Shown here one piece after another: positions 24,113 to 27,223 of a DNA stretch of 27,223 nt. This stretch comes from Paraphysomonas bandaiensis (lineage: Eukaryota > Protista > Chrysophyceae): assembly GCA_965644295.1 (NCBI GenBank), contig CBFFRP010000552.1, forward strand, positions 1 through 27,223, written 5' to 3'. Below the pieces are notes generated by a model. That model saw only the letters and a program-made list of their open reading frames with translations. It made no database searches and was not told where the DNA came from. A program made the position numbers and the translations under genes. Positions within the stretch are counted from its first letter, which is position 1. Every line of letters starts with the position of its first letter.

Positions 24113-26282
24113 ATGGCAAATATTCCAGTAACATCTTTCTTACCTCGTGTTGAGAATAGAGGGTGTCGGTCAGTTGATTATGATGTACTGAATCCTGAAA
24201 TATCTCAACAGGAAAACTCAGCGATACGTGTATTATCTGATCTTAAAGAAGGAAAGATTACAGTCAGTGATTTAATGGGACCATTATATGGGGAAACTGG
24301 ACTTACTACGAGTGTCAGTCTTCCTCCAGGGTCAACACAACAGGTACCTGCAGCCGCTGCAGTACACTTTGAACCCAAAGATGAATTCAATGATATTCTA
24401 GATAATAATGTACATCCTACTAATTACATGAACCCTGAACCTGTAGAAATATATGATCTAGTTGTCATTGGTGCTGGGGTGTCTGGCTTGCTTTCTGTAA
24501 TCACAGGAAAGTGGCTAGGCAAGAGATGTGCACTAATTGAGTCACATGCTATGGGGGGAGATTGCTTAAATATCGGCTGTGTACCTTCCAAAGCCTTGCT
24601 TGCAGCTTCTCGTGCTCTGTCTAATGTCCGCGATTCTGAGCAGTTTGGAGTTATCTTGCCTCCAGGTGAAGTCAAGATTGACTTCGGTGCAGTTATGCGT
24701 CGCATGCGTAAAATACGGTCAGAAATCTCTGCCCATGACTCAGTGGAGAGATATTCGCGAGATTTTTGCGAACATGTATATGTAGGCCGAGGAGTGTTTT
24801 CATCTGATGCTCCGAATACTGTGGTTGTGACGGGCGACGATGGATCGACGAGACAGTTGAAATATAAGAAGGCAATGATCGCCACTGGTGCCTCGGCCAG
24901 CATCCCGCCTCCCCTGCTGTCTATTCCCCACCTCACCAATGCCAATTTCTTCAATCTTACAGAGCTTCCCCCTCGCATGGTAGTCGTTGGCTGTGGGCCA
25001 ATTGGACTGGAAATGTCACAGGCGATGGCGGTCTTTGGTACGCGGGTGACCTGTTTGGAGTTCTTCGACAGGGTGCTTCCGAGAGAGGATCCCGATGCAG
25101 CATCTATTTTATTGGACCAACTTAAGAGAGACGGTACGTCCGTTGCACTACTAGTTGTATTACTTTATGAAGATATGCCATGATCAGATATGTGTCTCAA
25201 TAATCCTTTCGTTAATCACTATTCTGTCGGGTAGCGTTACATTGGACTCATTTGTTTTATAGGTATTCAGTTCATGCTTCAATCTAAGGTGACCTCAGTC
25301 GAGCTTGCTCGCGAAGGGTCTTCACTGTATTGTGCACCATGGCCACTATACCGGGTCACGGTTGAGAATACTGTTACTGGTGAAACCGAATTGCTAGAGT
25401 GCGAGGCGATTCTGAATGCCACAGGCCGTGTGCCGAATGTATTTAATATTGGATTAGAAAATGTAATGTAATGTTTGTTCGTTTGTTTTCACACGATGAT
25501 GTTCGGTTTTTATGTACAGGTGGGCGTAACGTTTGACAGTCGAAATGGCGTGCATATAAATGATGCGTTCCAAACAGCCAATCGCGATATTTACTCGTGT
25601 GGGGACTGTGCAACTGTGTACAAATTTACACATTCCGCCGATTTCCAAGCCCGTCTAGCGGTTCGAAACATGTTTCTTGGCGATGCCAACCGCCTGAGTG
25701 ATATGTTGATTCCATGGTGTAAGTATGCGTTGCTATCTTACAGCGACATATACACTTCTGCGACCGTGCTGTTTTTTTCCTTCTGGTGTTTGTTCTCATT
25801 CCTAATATATGTATAGGTACGTACACACACCCTGAGATTGCGCATGTTGGAAAGTATGAATCGGAACTAGATAAAGAAGGTGTTGACTATGAAAGTTTCA
25901 AGCGAGATCTCCCCCCTGTAGACAGGTGGCAATATAAATTCTTCTATGTCTTATAATGCACTCAAGTAAACTTCTCAGATGCCGTTGTGATGGTGTCGAG
26001 GCCGGTTTTGTCAAAATAACTGTTGCAAAGGGGACTGACAAGATATTAGGCTCCACGATATGTGGCCCTAATGCCGGTGATATGATAGCAGAGCTAACTC
26101 TGTGCATGCAGTATGGCATCGGCGTTGCTGAGCTGGCTGGTACAATACACTGCTACCCCACTACTCAAGAGGCGGTTCGACAATGTGCGCTGCAGTATTA
26201 CAAGTACTACAAAGACCCTAATGGACTACCTATGACTGTTCTAAACAAACTTATGGCAGAAGTGGAATCCCAGAGCACGTAA
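24113..26282 (+). CDS. Spliced class-I pyridine nucleotide-disulfide oxidoreductase, mercuric reductase-like (5 exons)
   Basis: Motifs YDLVVIGAGVSG (FAD), GGDCLNIGCVPSK (redox disulfide), VVGCGPIGLE, ATGRVPN, IYSCGDC, FTHSAD, IPWCTYTHPEIAHVG and IHCYPTTQEA. GT-AG introns at about 25134-25262, 25463-25519, 25719-25816 and 25926-25978 restore one frame. Stop is TAA at 26280-26282. Confidence 0.92.
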
Positions 26283-26529
26283 TGCAGTTCATGTCCTTGA
26301 TTTTATCGTATGGTTGCTATTGACGTATTTTACTATAGCAGATAGCAGTACTGGAAGCCGTGATGTAGATACTTTTCTAGTCTATTTACACGTGCTGGTT
26401 CGACAGCGAAAATTAATTTTACTTTATCCTTCAAAGTTTGTATTGTACAAGTTAGTTGTGTAACAATGTACTAATTATTAGGATTACAAGAATTAGAATT
26501 GAGATAATGATTTAATATTTAATAACTAC

Positions 26530-27223
26530 GAAAAACGAGAGAGACGGAGGCAAGGACAAGCCTTTTTTCACCCCCCAAACGCCCCTCAAGGGGCCTCTTC
26601 TCTTCGAGTGTTTCAAATTACAACCTTCGGTTGTAATTCCTTCTCTTTGCTAATTTAACTTTATATATTATTAATAACTTTTAATTACTTTATATATTAT
26701 TTATATTCTTAAATAAAATTAATTACTTTATATATTATTAATAACTTTTAATTACTTTATATATTATTTATATTCTTAAATAAAATTAATAACTTTATAT
26801 ATTATTTATAATGTTTATAATAAAAAGTAATATAGACAGTAAAGTAGATTTAATAAGTAGATTTAATAGTAGATATAGGGGGAGGGAAAAATTAAAATGA
26901 AAAATAATTTAAATTTGTAAAGGTTGTAAAACCCCGGGATTCTACCATTAAAACTACTTATTAAATCTACTTTGTTATCTATATGACTTTTTTATAATAA
27001 TGTATAATGGCAAAGCTTAAAGCTCTGGAATGTAGTTGTAGTGATATAATGGCGAATATGCTTAAAGCTCTGGAATGTAGTTGTAGTGATATAATGGCGA
27101 ATATGCTTAAAGCTCTGGAATGTAGTTGTAGTGATATAATGGCGAAGCTTTAAGCAAAAACGTCCCAATTTTTATATAAAAACCTTGATTTATATAAAAA
27201 CCCTTAATTTTAATAATAAAACT
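26530..27223 (-). repeat. Right copy of the long inverted repeat
   Basis: Reverse complement of 1-587. The inner boundary decays around gaaaaacgagagagacggaggcaaggacaag (26530-26560), versus gaaaaaacggggaggcggggacaaggacaag for the left copy. Confidence 0.97.
27004..27155 (-). repeat. 45-bp tandem repeat (3 units) inside the right inverted repeat
   Basis: agctctggaatgtagttgtagtgatataatggcgaa starts at 27021, 27066 and 27111. Confidence 0.95.

Noticed and set aside
24205-24978. Minus-strand ORFs overlapping the reductase
   Set aside because: Antisense to a well-supported CDS and carry no recognisable motifs.
24113-26282. Assigning the symbol merA or lpd
   Set aside because: Lacks the MerA C-terminal Cys-Cys and has HCYPT rather than the HPT-type lipoamide dehydrogenase motif, so function cannot be fixed from sequence.
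27181-27223. Telomere at the window end
   Set aside because: No tandem TTAGGG- or TTTAGGG-type repeats at either end.

Overview
Eukaryotic, intron-containing genomic DNA. Short GT-AG introns and the gene families suggest a stramenopile such as a chrysophyte or other ochrophyte (inference). The window is bracketed by two near-identical copies of a structured repeat of at least 590 bp in inverted orientation (1-587 and 26530-27223). Each copy holds 45-bp tandem units, a foldback, an AT-rich array and hairpins. Between the copies lie four things. (1) A spliced TPR-protein gene on the minus strand. (2) Ty1/copia retrotransposon debris, including an internally deleted element with a polypurine tract and a probable 3' LTR. 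(3) A giant (~16.6 kb, about 5,300 codons) minus-strand surface-receptor gene. Its order is signal peptide, 11 tandem capped LRR modules (8 intact, almost identical 738-bp copies plus a divergent first module), a Pro/Ser/Thr stalk, REJ/PKD-like, EGF-like and GPS-like regions, then several TM segments. It is interrupted by one in-frame TAG and a cluster of indels. (4) A divergently transcribed, spliced MerA-like flavoprotein disulfide reductase that lacks the MerA C-terminal Cys-Cys pair.
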